A stretch of DNA of 64,000 nucleotides. Origin: the human T2T-CHM13v2.0 reference genome, Homo sapiens. A program made the translations under genes and the position numbers. The notes under the pieces are model-generated. The model ran no database searches and was not told the DNA's origin. It saw nothing but the letters and a program-made list of their open reading frames with translations. Shown piece after piece: positions 23,874 to 37,130 of this stretch; positions within the stretch are counted from its first letter, which is position 1; each line of letters opens with the position of its first letter. The DNA lies in assembly GCF_009914755.1 (NCBI RefSeq), contig NC_060927.1. The stretch is one strand, 5' to 3'.

Positions 23874-25114
23874 GTTATTATTTCTTCCAAAACTCTCTGT
23901 TTATGTGGAATCAACCTCTTTGTCTTCTGGAAATCAAGCTTCAAGGGAAAGTCACTTGAGATCTTAGGACATGCCCAGAAATCAAACCCAAAAGTTATGC
24001 AGAGTGAGGTGCCTACGGAATAAGCCAAGTTTTAGGCAAAATTCACAAGCTTAGAGCCACGGAAAACATGACTCAGTTAAGGTTTACTGGCTTCCCCTGA
24101 GTTCCTAATCATTTTCTGTTTAGCTGGAGTCATTCGCTCTTTAACATGAAGCTCTTCAGTGACTTGGCTCCCTTTGCAGATATCGCACTAGAAATAATGG
24201 ACTTTGGAAAATAGTCTTGGCAAAGCCTTGTTTCTTTTTAAACATTTTGATCAGATGTAGGGTTTTATAGTAGTATTGTTTGTGAAATGCCTTTTCTGTA
24301 CATTTTTATCATGGCAGTGTTTATGTTGCATGTCTAATTAGCTTCAACATACCAGATGAATTGTTTAAACCTGTCTGGCATGCTATAATTTCTCAAAGTT
24401 TCTCATTTGCTGAAAAACATATATACATATATTTGTAAAAGGTTTAGATTTCAGGAATCAAAAAGTCTATGATGGATCCTATTCACCATAGGAAATATAT
24501 CAAGGCGGAGAGAGAGTGAAGCCATTTGCCACGCTGTCCAGTGGGAGAAGAGACAAGGCCCTAAAGACTTTAAATTCTAATTTGAGAATTTGTGCCAAGA
24601 TTGATAGTTCTTCTCCCCACTCCCAACCCCTCCCCAAAATTAAGGGCAACAAAATACCAAGCTGAGAAGTTTTTCACCATTACTAGCACAAAATCTATGT
24701 GGGATAGATAAAGGCAGAGGAAAGTGTGGGTTCTTGGAAGAAAGAATAAAAGGGATCAGGGGTGCAAAAGAAGGTGAGATTGGTGAACAGGGTGGGTTGA
24801 GGCCAAGAAAATAAAAAGCAGGAGTCTAAAGAGTGTGGCTCCATTGAGAGTCAAGTACTTGTCTGCTACAAATTTCTTTCTTGACACATCTTGACACATT
24901 ACACCATATTGTAAAAAAGTTTACAAGTGAAAAGAACCTAAGCGATGATCTAATCCCAGTTTTTCCTCTCTTCTCCTCAAGGAAGGCTTCAGTCTCTTCC
25001 TTCTTTCAACTTCTGCTTGAATCCAAGTGGTAAGTCTTTCCTGTACCAAGGTGCTCATAATCATGGGAAAAGCATCTATGTTTAATAGCAGCAATTGCTA
25101 TTATAATTATAAAT

Positions 25115-25477
25115 AATAATAGCACCTTTGTGCAGTAGCTTGCCGTCTTGTGCTTTCATGATATTATTGCATTTGAACATCACAACAACCTTAGGAAACC
25201 CAGCAGGAGATTTTAGACACAAGTTCACAATTAACTCGGCATCCAAGAATTTTGTGGCTTGCCCATATTAACACATTTAATAATAGCAGGAGCTAGAATC
25301 CTTATTATGAGAATCCTTATTATATGCTAGGCATTGTGCTAAGATGCGTTCCCTGTATTATTGCAATTGATTCTCTCAAAAAACGTTACGCTAGGCACTT
25401 TTGTGGAAGTAAAAGATGATGAAATGAAAACATGTAAACTAATTCATCCAAGAATTCACAGATATTAAGCAGTAGAG
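25115..25477 (-). mobile_element. Two adjacent MIR fragments
   Basis: catttgaacatcacaacaacc and tatgctaggcattgtgctaag reverse-strand MIR motifs. Confidence 0.65.
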
Positions 25478-25483
25478 GATTAA

Positions 25484-25720
25484 TACAGCATGGTGACTAT
25501 AGTTAATAATAATTTATATTTCAAAATAGCTAAAATAATGGCTTTTAAGTGTTCTCACTACAATGAAATAAGCGTTTGAGGTGATAAATGCATTAATTAG
25601 CCTGACTCCATGATTCCACAATGTGTATATGTATCAAAACATCATATTGTACCCCATAAATATATATAATTGTCAATTAAAAATAAAACTTTAAAACATT
25701 TTTAAAAATAAAATTAAAGC
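25484..25720 (+). mobile_element. L1MA-type 3' end
   Basis: acagcatggtgactatagttaataat...tttgaggtgat...aaaacatcatattgtaccccataaatata...aaataaaa. Confidence 0.88.
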
Positions 25721-25776
25721 CTTTGGAAAAAAGATCAAGGACTTACTCCATATTTAACTGATGCTAGTATCTATGT

Positions 25777-26300
25777 CATGGTATTTTATCAAATTTAAGA
25801 CAATTTGACTATAAAGTACACCATTATTTTATACATCAATAAAAAGTTTTACAACTACTGCTGGTTAAACAATGGCACGATGCTTTCTTATTGCTCTGAG
25901 TTTTCATTCTTAATGTTGAACGAGTTCTTTTAGATTTAATTTAGACATTTTTATCACGTCATCCTTAACCATATGTAAAAGGGGAAGTATACGTGAAATA
26001 AATTTGTTAAGATGTTCGTAAATATCTTAAACATTTAACTTGAACGTCTCCACATTTAAAGATGGACTCTTCTCAATTACTTTTCAATTCAGAATCACTG
26101 ACTATTTTCCCTAAGAGTAGCATTCTTTGTGACATTAAAAACATGGTTATAGAGCATTTCTTAAAAGAGTGCTCCACTGCTTTTGCCGGGATATTTTTTT
26201 CCAAGCCTATGATATCCACTCTGCAAGTTTTGGGTTGTGCACTTAGGCAGTGACAATCACATCAGCACCCTGGAGGATAGTAACTGTAAGCACAAATATT
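25777..26300 (-). mobile_element. Kanga/MER104-type (TcMar-Tc2) DNA transposon remnant
   Basis: Terminus gtattttatcaaatttaagac; minus-strand translation KLAEWIS*AWKKI / AVEHSFKKCSIT resembles a pogo/Tc2 transposase C-terminus. Confidence 0.65.
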
Positions 26301-27149
26301 AAAAGGGAAACAAATATGCAATTTAAGATCAGTGACATGGTTTACTGCTTCCTTGGTTTGAGGCAAAGCTAGGAATAAATCCCAGGTGCTTATGCCTTAA
26401 GTTATCTCAAAAATGCATTCTAATAAGTCAGCCTTTTTTTCTTAACTTTATACCTATTCTTTAAAATGTGTTTTCTGTGACTACACATAATCCACTTTGT
26501 TTTTCAATACAGCTGGCTTGTAAAGATTCAGAAAGGAGTTTCACTAAAATATAAGAGTTTTTGGCAAAGCTGTACACACATATGCAGACACGCGTCCAAG
26601 ACAAAAGGTTGATCGACACTGATGAAAACAAAAAGTATGTGTGTGACACAAGGAGAGGGGGAAGGATTTAAGAAAAATGAGTATAAAAGTCATAAATATG
26701 TTGATCCAGCTGTGAAGTTAATTAAATATTACAGTCCTGTTTGAACAAAAACAAAAACTGAGATTTCCTGGAGAGTACTGTTTTCATTAAAAAAAAAAAA
26801 AAAAAAGACATTTGCCATGATTTAAAAGAACACTGCTTTCTTGCAGCAATTCCTAACAATGTGCTCTTCTATTTTTTGTTATATTTTCTGTTTAGTTCCA
26901 AAGTTAGAGAAGTAAACTAGTTGTATGGCATTTTGTTAACCGAATCTCTTTGGTTACTGGAAATTTACTTATTAGCTTAGTAAAACCTGTTGCTCTTAAT
27001 GAAAATCATAAGATCTGGTAACACTTAACTGTTTTCTGAGGCAATAATGATATATTAAATAATATTTAGTAGAGTGTTGTAAGAGTTAATGGGAAATCTT
27101 TAGTCAAAAATTCAGAAGTTCTTAAATGGCACATAGGATATAGGAGGCT

Positions 27150-27400
27150 GAAATAGTGAAGACACAGGTTCTAGAGCCAGCTGCTTGGGTTTCCATCTAG
27201 GTTTTGCTGTTTATTAGCTGAATCACCTGAGTTAGTTTTATTTATTTTCTTTTAAGTAAACCTTTTCTGGGGCTCTGCTTCTGATCTGCAAAATAAGGAT
27301 AAAATACCTTCCTAACAGGTTTATTGTGAGAATTAAATGAGCTAAAACGTGTACAGTTCTGGTACATAGTAATCATTCAAAGGTGTTAGCTAGGATGATA
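27150..27400 (+). mobile_element. MIR
   Basis: atctgcaaaataaggataa...ttgtgagaattaaatgag...ctggtacatagtaa. Confidence 0.85.
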
Positions 27401-27937
27401 ACGTGATACTATCATATGTGCTTACTCTCTGTCAACTAAAATATTTTTTAGTTCCCTGAAAACTTGATTCTCCATTCTTCTCATCAATAGAATATTCTAC
27501 ATTAAGAACAAAAAAAATGGCTGTAAGATCCAGAATGGATTAGAATTGAGTGATTTATTTTTTCAAACAGGGTTTATGCTCTTTTCTCAGTTACCATGTT
27601 CATTATGGAAGAATGAGAATGTAGCTAGGAATGGATCTGACCTTAACCGTCACTGCCCTCTACCTGGTCTAAATCGTGAAACGAGCATCACATCTCAGGC
27701 TTTCTTGCTGCTGCACAGACTTTTTCCCCATGAGTAGATTTGTGTTCCATGAATTTCAAAGTTACTAATATATGAAGATTAAACGCTACTTATGATGCCA
27801 CTGTTTAAAAATTACATAGTAAGCATTTGGAAAAGGAATAATAAAGGTCCTTTAGGTCCCATCATTTCTTTCCTTTTCCCTTTTTTTTTTTTGGTCTGAG
27901 TTTAATAGGCCTAGGACCATGCTTCCCTGAACTCTTT

Positions 27938-28170
27938 GAAGCATACTATCCAGAAAAACTTTCTGGGGTGGTAGAAATTGTTTCGATCCATCGATAGAGT
28001 AGCCACTAGCCAGGTGTGGCTATTGAGCGCTCAAAAATAGCTAGTGCAACTAAGGAACTGATTTTTAAATTTTATTTAATGTTAATTAAAGTTTAACTTT
28101 AGTTTCAATTTAATTTCATTTTAATTTAAAATATATGTGGCTAGTGACTACCATATCGGATGACACAATT
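27938..28170. mobile_element. MER3 (hAT-Charlie MITE)
   Basis: gtagccactagccaggtgtggctattgagc...atgtggctagtgactaccatat internal inverted repeat. Confidence 0.85.
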
Positions 28171-31100
28171 CTAAAGCGTCCTTCATATTACTTCTATTTC
28201 CTTGGGAATTATAGAAATAACCCCATTTACCTGGATATCTGATATTTAGGAAAGGTAAGCTTTAATCTGCTAGCTGAAAACCAGAGATAAGTAAGAAAAG
28301 CCTTAGAATGGCAAATAGACCACGATTATGCTACAAAATATTATGTTGCAAATGATTTGTGGTAATGTCAAAGTGTTGTTCTCAACAGGATAGGTTGAGC
28401 CACTCTGGGACTCTTGTCTGAACAGTTGCGTGCAAAATAGCCAGAAAAGCCAGAAACACATTGATGTCAGTGAGAAGACATAGCTAAATGGTAGGAAGAA
28501 AAGAGCAAAGACTTTTTTAAAAGCAAGTAGTGCATTAAGTCATATTTTTTAGACAGGCAGTGTATGAAACACAAATAAAAATGAAGTAAAACAGAAAAAG
28601 TAGTCAGTAGAACTATAAGGACATATCAATCAGGCACCATGCACCAAGGCAAAAAGCTCAACTTAGGGCAAACTCCAGAGAATGTCACAACATCATGAAC
28701 AGTATTCATAATTTTGAAAGTAATTTGTCAAGAAAAGCTTATCTTTGTAAAATTCCTTTCATTAAAAAAATGAAATATAAAATTTTAAACGTTATACAAG
28801 AAGATGTTTAAGAAGTCTTGGCATTTAGAGGAATAAGCAACATTCACATGTGGAACAACTCCTTATCTGACCCAACCTTCTTGGGTCTAGCAGCACTCAT
28901 TTCTGACTCCTCTTAGAATATAAGAATAACGTGCTGTCCGAAAACCTCAGAATATAAAGGATTTATTGGTCCATTGATCCCTCAATATGCCAGGAGAATA
29001 GACTGAACCCTTGACAGGCATATGTCATGATGGGAAGCTTTACTCAAAAGGCTTATTAAAGACTCTTGAAGATAGTATGTGCAGGTTGAATTGCGTGATT
29101 AATACTTATAAAAAGCTAGGGCTAGGACACATATGGATAAGCCATTTTCTTGTCTTTATACTTGTATATTAAAAAAATTCCAACCATTCCCAGCAATGGT
29201 TGTATAAAAATTCAAGTGATGATACCTCTTTTAATGGGTTTATGGGTTACTGTGAAAACTTTGCTTGGTTCTTACCCTAATTAAGACATCTATTTTATGT
29301 TTTGTAAAAATAACCCATACAGCATGCTAGAGTGTTTTGTTTTATAAATGGTAGGAGTTGTAGATGACTAGATGAATAACTTCATGAAACAATGCATCAC
29401 TAATTATGTGACAATGGTTGAAATGGCCATAGAAAATCACAATAAAAGAACCAGCACAAAGCTGAATATAACATATGCCACATACCTTCAATTAATAATA
29501 CACGTTAGAAGCAGTGTGCTAACTGGGAGGGAAGATGATTTAATAGGTGTAGTAGGACTGGATTTCAACACCAAAGGATGGGGGGAGAGTTTGGGGATGA
29601 AGAGGGAAGGCCTTAGAAGAACCATCCTTGGCTTAGAAGTTGAGTTCAGGAAACATAGCGTTGGGGAAGGTGGTGTCCATAGCAGATCATTCACTAGGGA
29701 AGTAGAGGAATACATATTTGGCAAGTTGGGCCAAGATTGTTAATGGTATCAACAACCGCACAGATTTGTTGGGAGCCCAGAATGGCCCATGATTTGAGTG
29801 CACCTAAATTGTTCAAAAAGAAAAAAATATTAAGCAAGGAGTAGCAGCAGACAGATTTTCAAACTGTTTGTGTAATCACTGAGGTACTCAAACACTGCTT
29901 TGACATGAAAGTACACTAATCTCAGGCTATTTAATGCCGACTACAAGCCCTATTATTATCTTCAAACACTTAATATTTCTACCATTTCAAAAGATTTCTC
30001 ACTGTGGCTGAGTTGTATTTAAAAGGACAGCCTTATACATCCAAAGAAAAAAACTTTAAGAACTTAAAGTTGAAGGAATTTTTAATGTAGCTGGAATTCT
30101 TATAATTTATCATTTCTTACATAGGACAGAGCTTGATATTTTAAGATATATTTTCATTTCAATGGTGAAATGCACATCAGTAAAGGATGTGATTTTTGTT
30201 CCCTTCTCTTTAGCTTTAAAAAAGCTTGGTAATGCTGAAATTCAGGACTACTGGGTCATATATGTTACAGGTTTGGGGTTGGTTTATCAATATTTTACAG
30301 TAACTTACAGAAAAACCCAGTGAAATTAGTTTGGTCAGATATAGAAAAAGCAAAGGAGTTTTGATTTTAGTAGAAAATTTTCTTATTTTCCACATAGATG
30401 TTAAAGTTTGAAGAGCTTTATAAATTATAATCACTCTTATTGAATTTAACTGTAATTCTCAATTTCTAGTGGAAATTAATATCTTAGTGGAAGATTTACC
30501 AGGCCCATTGAAGGCCTCTTTGTTGCAACTTTGTTTATTGTCATTTAAATAGCTGTGTGATGAGAAGCCATATACTTACCCTGAGGTCCCATTGGCATTC
30601 TATAAGGAATGTTAGCCAGAGTCCACCCTTCTAATTCCCAATCACCCTGTCCTTTCGGCCCACAGCCATGACTGAGAGGCGAAACTACTTTGTAAGACCT
30701 GAAGGCAAGAGGTAGTTGAGTTTAAAAGAAGATTCTGCTTTTGAAATACCAGAGCTCTCTGAAATAGCCATTGTCTACACAAGAGTAAAGATCCTCAAAA
30801 CATCCTTTTTACCTAAGATCAAATTTGAGATCTCATTCAGGAAAGGCATGGTCAGGCAACTGAAGAGATAAAAGTCTAGCAGAACAAGTCAAGAAGGCTT
30901 TGTTTTGACTTCAGATAATATATCTTGGGGTTACTGAGAATTTCGGTCTTCAGGGAGCTACAAGCCTGCATTTAAAGCAATTCCCCAACATCTGGCGTGG
31001 CCCAATAGTCACAAAGTGATTGGAGACTTTTGGGGAATAGTCAAATTACCACTGTACATAGATGAAAACAGATATATCCATGAAGAAATTATGACCAGTT

Positions 31101-31615
31101 AGCTGTTTATATTTTGCCTCCAGTCTGTGATACAACCTTTTGAAAGCAGCACTATAATTGAGTTTTTTTTTTTTTTTGGTAGCCAAAGGAAAATCCTGCC
31201 AGGTTCTAGGTTGAACATTGCTTTAAAAAGGACCATTGATTCAGTCCCTGCCCCTGGTTTGTTGTACCAAGGTATATAGAGTAATGCAAAATAGACCAAT
31301 ATTCAACTTGCATTTGCCTTTTACTGTTTCTATTTAAGCTTTAAATCAGAATTCTAATTAGTAACATGAGTCTCTTTCTTGATAGATTTGAGCATGAATG
31401 GACATTTAAAAACATTAGTTTCTAGGAAAAGAAAATCAAGGTGGAAGTTCAAGATTATGTTTATTACAGTTATCAGTTATCTATAGAAATTGTCATCCTA
31501 ATGTATCTGCATGGACAATTATTTTTTATTGAAACCACATATAAGCAAAAGAGTGAAACTGTTAGTTTCAATTTTAACTTGACTAAATTAATTAACATTT
31601 AATAAGAATTCTGTG

Positions 31616-33940
31616 CAGACATACCTCATTATATTGTGCTTTGCTTTATTGTACTTTGCAGATATTGTATATTTTACAAATTGAAGGCTTGTGGCAACCC
31701 TGTGTTGATCAAGTCTGTTAGCACTGTTTCCAGCAGAATGTGCTCACTTCCTGTCTCTGTCACAAATATTCTCTGAATATTTCAAACTTTTTCATTATTA
31801 TTTTATCTGTTAAGATTCAGCATTCTTTGATGTTACTGTTGTAATTGTTTGAGGGCACAAAGAACCATGCCCATTTAAGATGGGGAACTTAATTGATAAA
31901 TAGTGTGTGTGTTCTGACTGCTCAACCCACCAAGCCATTCCTTGTCTCCCTCTTTTCCAACTTCCATATTCCCTGAGACACAACAATACTGAAATTAGGC
32001 TGATTAATAACCCTACAATAGCCTCTAAATGAAAGAAAGAGTAACAAGTCTCACCTTTTAAATCAAAAGCTAGAAATGATTAAACTTAGTGAAGAAAGCC
32101 AAAAGAGGCTGAAAGCTAAGTCTCTTGCACCAAACAGCCAAGTTGTGAATGTGGAAGAAAAGTTCTTGAAGGAAATTAAAAGTGCTACTCCAGTGAGCAC
32201 ACTAACAATAATAAAATGAAACAGCCTTATTGCTGATACGGAGAAAGTTTTAGTGGTGTGGATAGAAGATCAAACCAGTCACAACATTCCCTTAACACCT
32301 AATCCAGAGCAAAGTCCTAACTCACTTCAATGCCATCAAGGCTAAGAGAGATGAGGAAGCTGCTGGAAAAAAAGTTTGAAACTAGCAGAAGTTGGTTTCT
32401 GAGATTTAAGCAAAGCCATCTCCATAACATAAAAGTTCAAGGTGAAGCTGCAAGTGCTGATGGAAAAAGGTACATCAAGTTACACAGAAGACTAGGTAGG
32501 ATAATTGATGAAGGTGGCTACACTAAGCAGATTTTCTATGTAGAGGAAACAACCTTATATTGGAAAAAGATGCCATCTGGGACTATCATAGCTAAAGAGG
32601 AGAAGTCAGTGCATGGATTCAAAGGACAGTCTCTCTTTTTAGGGGCTAATGCAGCTGATGACTTTAAGCCAATGCTCATTGATCATTCCAAAAGTCTTAG
32701 GGCCCTTAATAATTATGCAAACTTTACTGTACCTGTGCTCTATAAGTGGAACAACAAAGTGTGGATGACAGCACATCTGTTTGCAGCCAGGTTTACTTAA
32801 TATTTTAAGCCTATTTTTGAAACCTGCTCAGAAAAAGATTTTCCTTCAAAATATTATTGCTTACTGTAATGCACCTGGTCACTCAAGAGGTGGAGATACA
32901 CAAGGACATGGTTTTTTTTTTGTTGGTTTGTTTGTTTGTTTGAACACAACACCTATTCTGTAGCCCATGAATCAAGAAGTAACTTCAACTTTTAGGCCTT
33001 ATTATTTAATAAATACATTTTGTAAGGTACAGCTGCCATAGATAGTGATTTCTCTGATGGATTTTGGCAGAGTTAATTGAAAATCTTCTAGAAATAATTC
33101 AACATTCCAGATGTCATTAACAACATTTGTGATTCATGGGAGGAAGTCAAAATACCCACATTTTGGCAGGAATTTGGAAGAAGTTGATTCCAGCCCTCAT
33201 GGATGAGTTTGAGAGGTTCAAAACTCTACTGGATGAAGTAACTGAAGATGTGGTGAAAATAGCAAGAGAGCAAGAATCAGAAGTGGAGCCTAAATATGTG
33301 ACTGGGTTGCTACGGTCTCAAGATCAAACTTGAAGAGATGAGGAGTTGCTTCTTGTGGATGACCAAAGAAAATGGTTTATTGAGATGGAATATATTCCTG
33401 GTGAAGATGCTGTGAACATTGTTGAAATGACAACGAAACATTTAGAATATTCCATAAACTTAGTTGATAAAGCAATAGCAGAGGTTGAAAGGATTGACTC
33501 CAATTTTGAAAGAAATTCTCCTGTGGGTAAAATGCTATCAAACAGCATTGCATGTTACAGAGAAATCTTTTGAGAAAGGGTATAGAAAACTTCATTATTA
33601 TCTTTTTTTAAGAAATTGCCACAGCCACCCAACTAATGCCCCAATCCATCAGTAATCACTCATCCACATTGAGGCAAGACCTCCACCAACAAAAAGGTTA
33701 TGACTCACTGAAGGCTCAGGTGATCATTAGCAATTTTTAACAATAAACTATTTTAAAATTAAGTTATGTAGATGACTTTTTTAGACACAATGCTGATGCA
33801 CACTTAATATACTCAAGTATATTAACCTAAATCTCATATGCCCTGGGAAACCAAAACATTTGTGTGACTAACTTTATTACAATATTCACTTTATTGCAGT
33901 GGTCTGGAACTAAACATGTAATATCTTTGAGGTATACCGA
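31616..33940 (+). mobile_element. Tigger1 DNA transposon, near full length (~2.3 kb), inactive
   Basis: TIRs cagacatacctc / gaggtataccga followed by TA; transposase remnants in ORFs 32330-32800, 33136-33333 and 33346-33573. Confidence 0.97.
32029..33573 (+). pseudogene. Disrupted Tigger1 (pogo/CENP-B family) transposase
   Basis: FETSRSWFLRFK, IIDEGGYTKQIFYVEETTLYWKKMP, LPVLYKWN-like segments; multiple stops and frameshifts. Confidence 0.92.
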
Positions 33941-34799
33941 TATTAAAAAATGTGTCTCTTTTGTCATATCCCTTATAAAATATAGTTCTCTAAAAGATGG
34001 TTCAATAACACTATGAGATGAAATTCTTAGACCCGGGAAACTCATAAACGTTCTTAAAAGATATTTGCCTGTCCTTGCATGACTTTTGACACTGACAAAC
34101 ATACATTCTACCACTACCTAAATTCAATATACTAGATGAATAAGGATGGTACAAATAGAATTAACTTCGGGTTCCTTTGATTTGTTTTTAGCTTAACTCT
34201 ATGTCTTCAGTGGTTTTTGAAGAAGCACCTGACCTATTTGGGCTGACCCAATTTACCACTTTAGGTGGCCACTGATAGGTAGAATGATCTGCCAATTTCA
34301 GAGGGTCTTAGGAGAGGCAGCATCCATGGAAATCTTGCCTCCCATTGCCTGGAGTACCTAAAAGCCTTAGGACCATGGGAGATGTAGTCATTCAAATCTA
34401 CAGAAAATGAAAGGGCTATCATTTCAATCCTGTGATATTAACTCCTTGCCACCATTTTCCAATCTAGATATTTCACAGTTTAGTTATAAATGGCTTTCTG
34501 CACCTGTATATTTAAATTAGGGCTTTAAAAATCATATTTTCTTAAAAGGAGTGCTTTCTACTTTTAGGAATCCTAAGGTGAATTCTAAGAAGTATAAATC
34601 AGTTTGGTAAATCTAGATTTTAATAAAATGAAGCTACTTTTATAATATATGAAGTATCTCCCTCACCTTCTACAGGCAGCATAACGGCATGAAAATCAGG
34701 TCAGTAGGATACATGCATGTGACCAATTTCTCGGTTATAAGATTGAGCATTGGAAATACTTACTAATACTCATGACATCCATGTGTAGAATATTTTAAA

Positions 34800-35280
34800 G
34801 TCTTGTTATTCCAAGTGTAGTCCTAGGACCAGCAGCATCAGTCTCACCTGAGAGCTTGTTAGACATAAAACATCTTGGCCGTGTGCGGTGGCTCACGCCT
34901 GTGATGCCAACACTTTGGGAGGATGAGGCGGACAGATCATCTGAGGTCAGGAGTTCAAGACCAGCCTGGCCAACGTGGCGAAACCCCGTCTCTACTAAAA
35001 AAGCACAAAAATTAACCAGGCATGGTGGCGGGCACCTGTAGTCCCAGCTACTCAGGAGGCTGAGGCAGGAGAATCGCTTGAACCTGGGAGGTGGAAGTTG
35101 CAGTTAACCTAGATCGTGCCACTGCACTTCAGCCTGAGCAACAAGAGCAAGACTCCATCTCAAAAAAGAAATAATAAAAAAAAAATCTTGAGATGCAACT
35201 CAGAACCATTGAATCAGGATCTGCATTTTAACAAGACCCCCAAGTGGCTGGCATGCCTATGAAAGTTTGAGAAGTCCTGC
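34800..35280. mobile_element. MER5 element split by an Alu
   Basis: ggaccagcagcatcag...gagcttgttaga left of the Alu; gaatcaggatctgcattttaacaaga...aaagtttgagaag right of it. Confidence 0.85.
34877..35180 (+). mobile_element. AluSx/Sq-like, full length
   Basis: Both arms; TSD aaaacatctt / aaaaaatctt. Confidence 0.95.
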
Positions 35281-36525
35281 CGGATACCTTTATAAGCTAC
35301 ACCCTATACTGCTTCATTGATCTTTCATAATAATACTTTGAGGCAAAGATATAATCTCTATGTCCTTCCCTCTCCCACTAGCATTCTCTCCCAATGCAGG
35401 AAATCACTGCCTGTATTTTTTTTTTTTTGGTAAATATCCCATCTGTGTCATATCTGAGAGCATGGCCGTTTGCCATCATTAGCTTTGGGGGAAAGGTAAC
35501 TTTGGGTTAACAGACAGATGATATTTCTACCTTTTGAAGGGGAAATGCTGCCTCCCAGAAAGCCTCCAGAAACCAAGAGCAGAGCAGTCAGCAAATGGGC
35601 TGCAATCTATAGCTGGCAGGTCTGAGTTTTACCTCGGGCTCTGTGGTCAAGATGCGGGAGAAAATGTGGCCACTGAGGAATTGCCGTCTTCAGTAAACAA
35701 AAGCAGACCTGTCCCCGTGTCTGGTCCTCTGCTGGATGGCTGATCCAGTCTCAGAGATAATATCTACATAAAATACATATTATATTTAAAAAAAAGTCAC
35801 AGTAGTGATAGGAATTTTCTGGACTATTTCTGAAAGAATGCTGGAGCAGGCAGAAAAGTTGAGCCTTTAGCTGAGGGGCATTTATTCTGAGTAGAAGTTA
35901 GCCTGGAGTATCCAGTGATACCAGGTAAATCATCACCTGACAATGAATTATTTGCTCTTTTTGCCATTCAGGAGCCTGTACTTAGACACACACTCCCAAC
36001 TCACCTAGCAGTCTCTCAGAGTTTGTAATTTAGCTAGCAGCTGCTAGCAGCTGGTAACACGTTGAGGCAAATTGCAAGAGGCAGCTACTAAGCTTTTCTG
36101 ACAGTGTAGGATGAAGAGGGAAGGTGAGTTGCTGAGGCACTGTAAGAACTGGTTTTCCTGTGTAAATCCCAAATAGAATCCATTTATCTGCTGTTTTTCC
36201 CAAAAAACCCCTCTAGTACGCAACTTAGCCAAGCTGTGTAATTTAGTTTAGCGTAGTGTTCAGATGTGGATTGAGGCCCACCCGATCCAATAGATGATGA
36301 GGCAGCCTCCAGTAGGGAGGCATTCCAAAGGTGTGTGTCACACAAGCTCAGGTTAGAGTTGGTTACCTGGTACTTTGTCTTTCAAGCTTAGGCACTCCTC
36401 CTTAATTCAGAGATGCCCACACGGTGCCCTGGTAGCCTCTGTAGGTCTTTACATCTCCTCTGTCATAACACTGAACCTGAGCAACCCCAAACCACCCAAC
36501 TTTTAGACTTAGAAGCAATGTAACT

Positions 36526-36760
36526 CAGTGGATGAGTATGCGTACTTTGGAATTAGACTGCTTGAGTTCAAATGCTGCCCTGGCCCTTGGAGTTATGTGA
36601 CTTGAAGCATGTAGCTGAACTTCTTTGGGTCTCCAATTTCCTAATTTGTACAATGGGCTGTTGAGAGGATTAAATGAAGTGATGTGTGAAAAGTGCCTGG
36701 CATCAAGCAACAAAAGACAGCACAGTGCCTAAAGCTCAGCAGTCACCTAGAAATACTCAT
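36526..36760 (+). mobile_element. MIR
   Basis: gagttcaaat...tgtgacttg...ttgagaggattaaatga. Confidence 0.8.
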
Positions 36761-36929
36761 TTCCTTTCCTCGCAGCTCTAAGCGGGAGAAATCAACCCAG
36801 TTCACTTTCTATGAAAGATATTCATAACCTTGCCAGAGTCAAAGGCCCCAGAACAAAATTTTTTCTTATGGGAATCAATTTGCATTCCTCTTTAACCAGG
36901 TAGACTCACCTGTTGCTGACAACCTTAGT

Positions 36930-37130
36930 TCATACATTCAACAGAATTTGTTGAGCAACTACTTATATAAGGTTTCCAGCCTCAAGGATTGTACATTCTT
37001 GCAGGGATGAATTAGATAAGTATCTGAAAAGTTAATACAGTACAGAAGATTGCAGGGTACTTAAAAACCTTCTAGACCAGTACACTGAGGATTCAGAATC
37101 GAAGAGGCCCTTCAAATTCTGCTTGAAGAA
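36930..37130 (-). mobile_element. L2 3' fragment
   Basis: cattcaacagaatttgttgagcaactac. Confidence 0.55.

Noticed and set aside
29372-29743. 123-aa ORF
   Set aside because: No recognisable homology; length is compatible with chance in 64 kb
32330-32800. 156-aa transposase-like ORF as a TIGD gene
   Set aside because: Fragment of a frameshifted Tigger1 with mutated catalytic residues
17281-34876. 17.6-kb Alu-free interval
   Set aside because: Unremarkable for AT-rich DNA and full of older repeats
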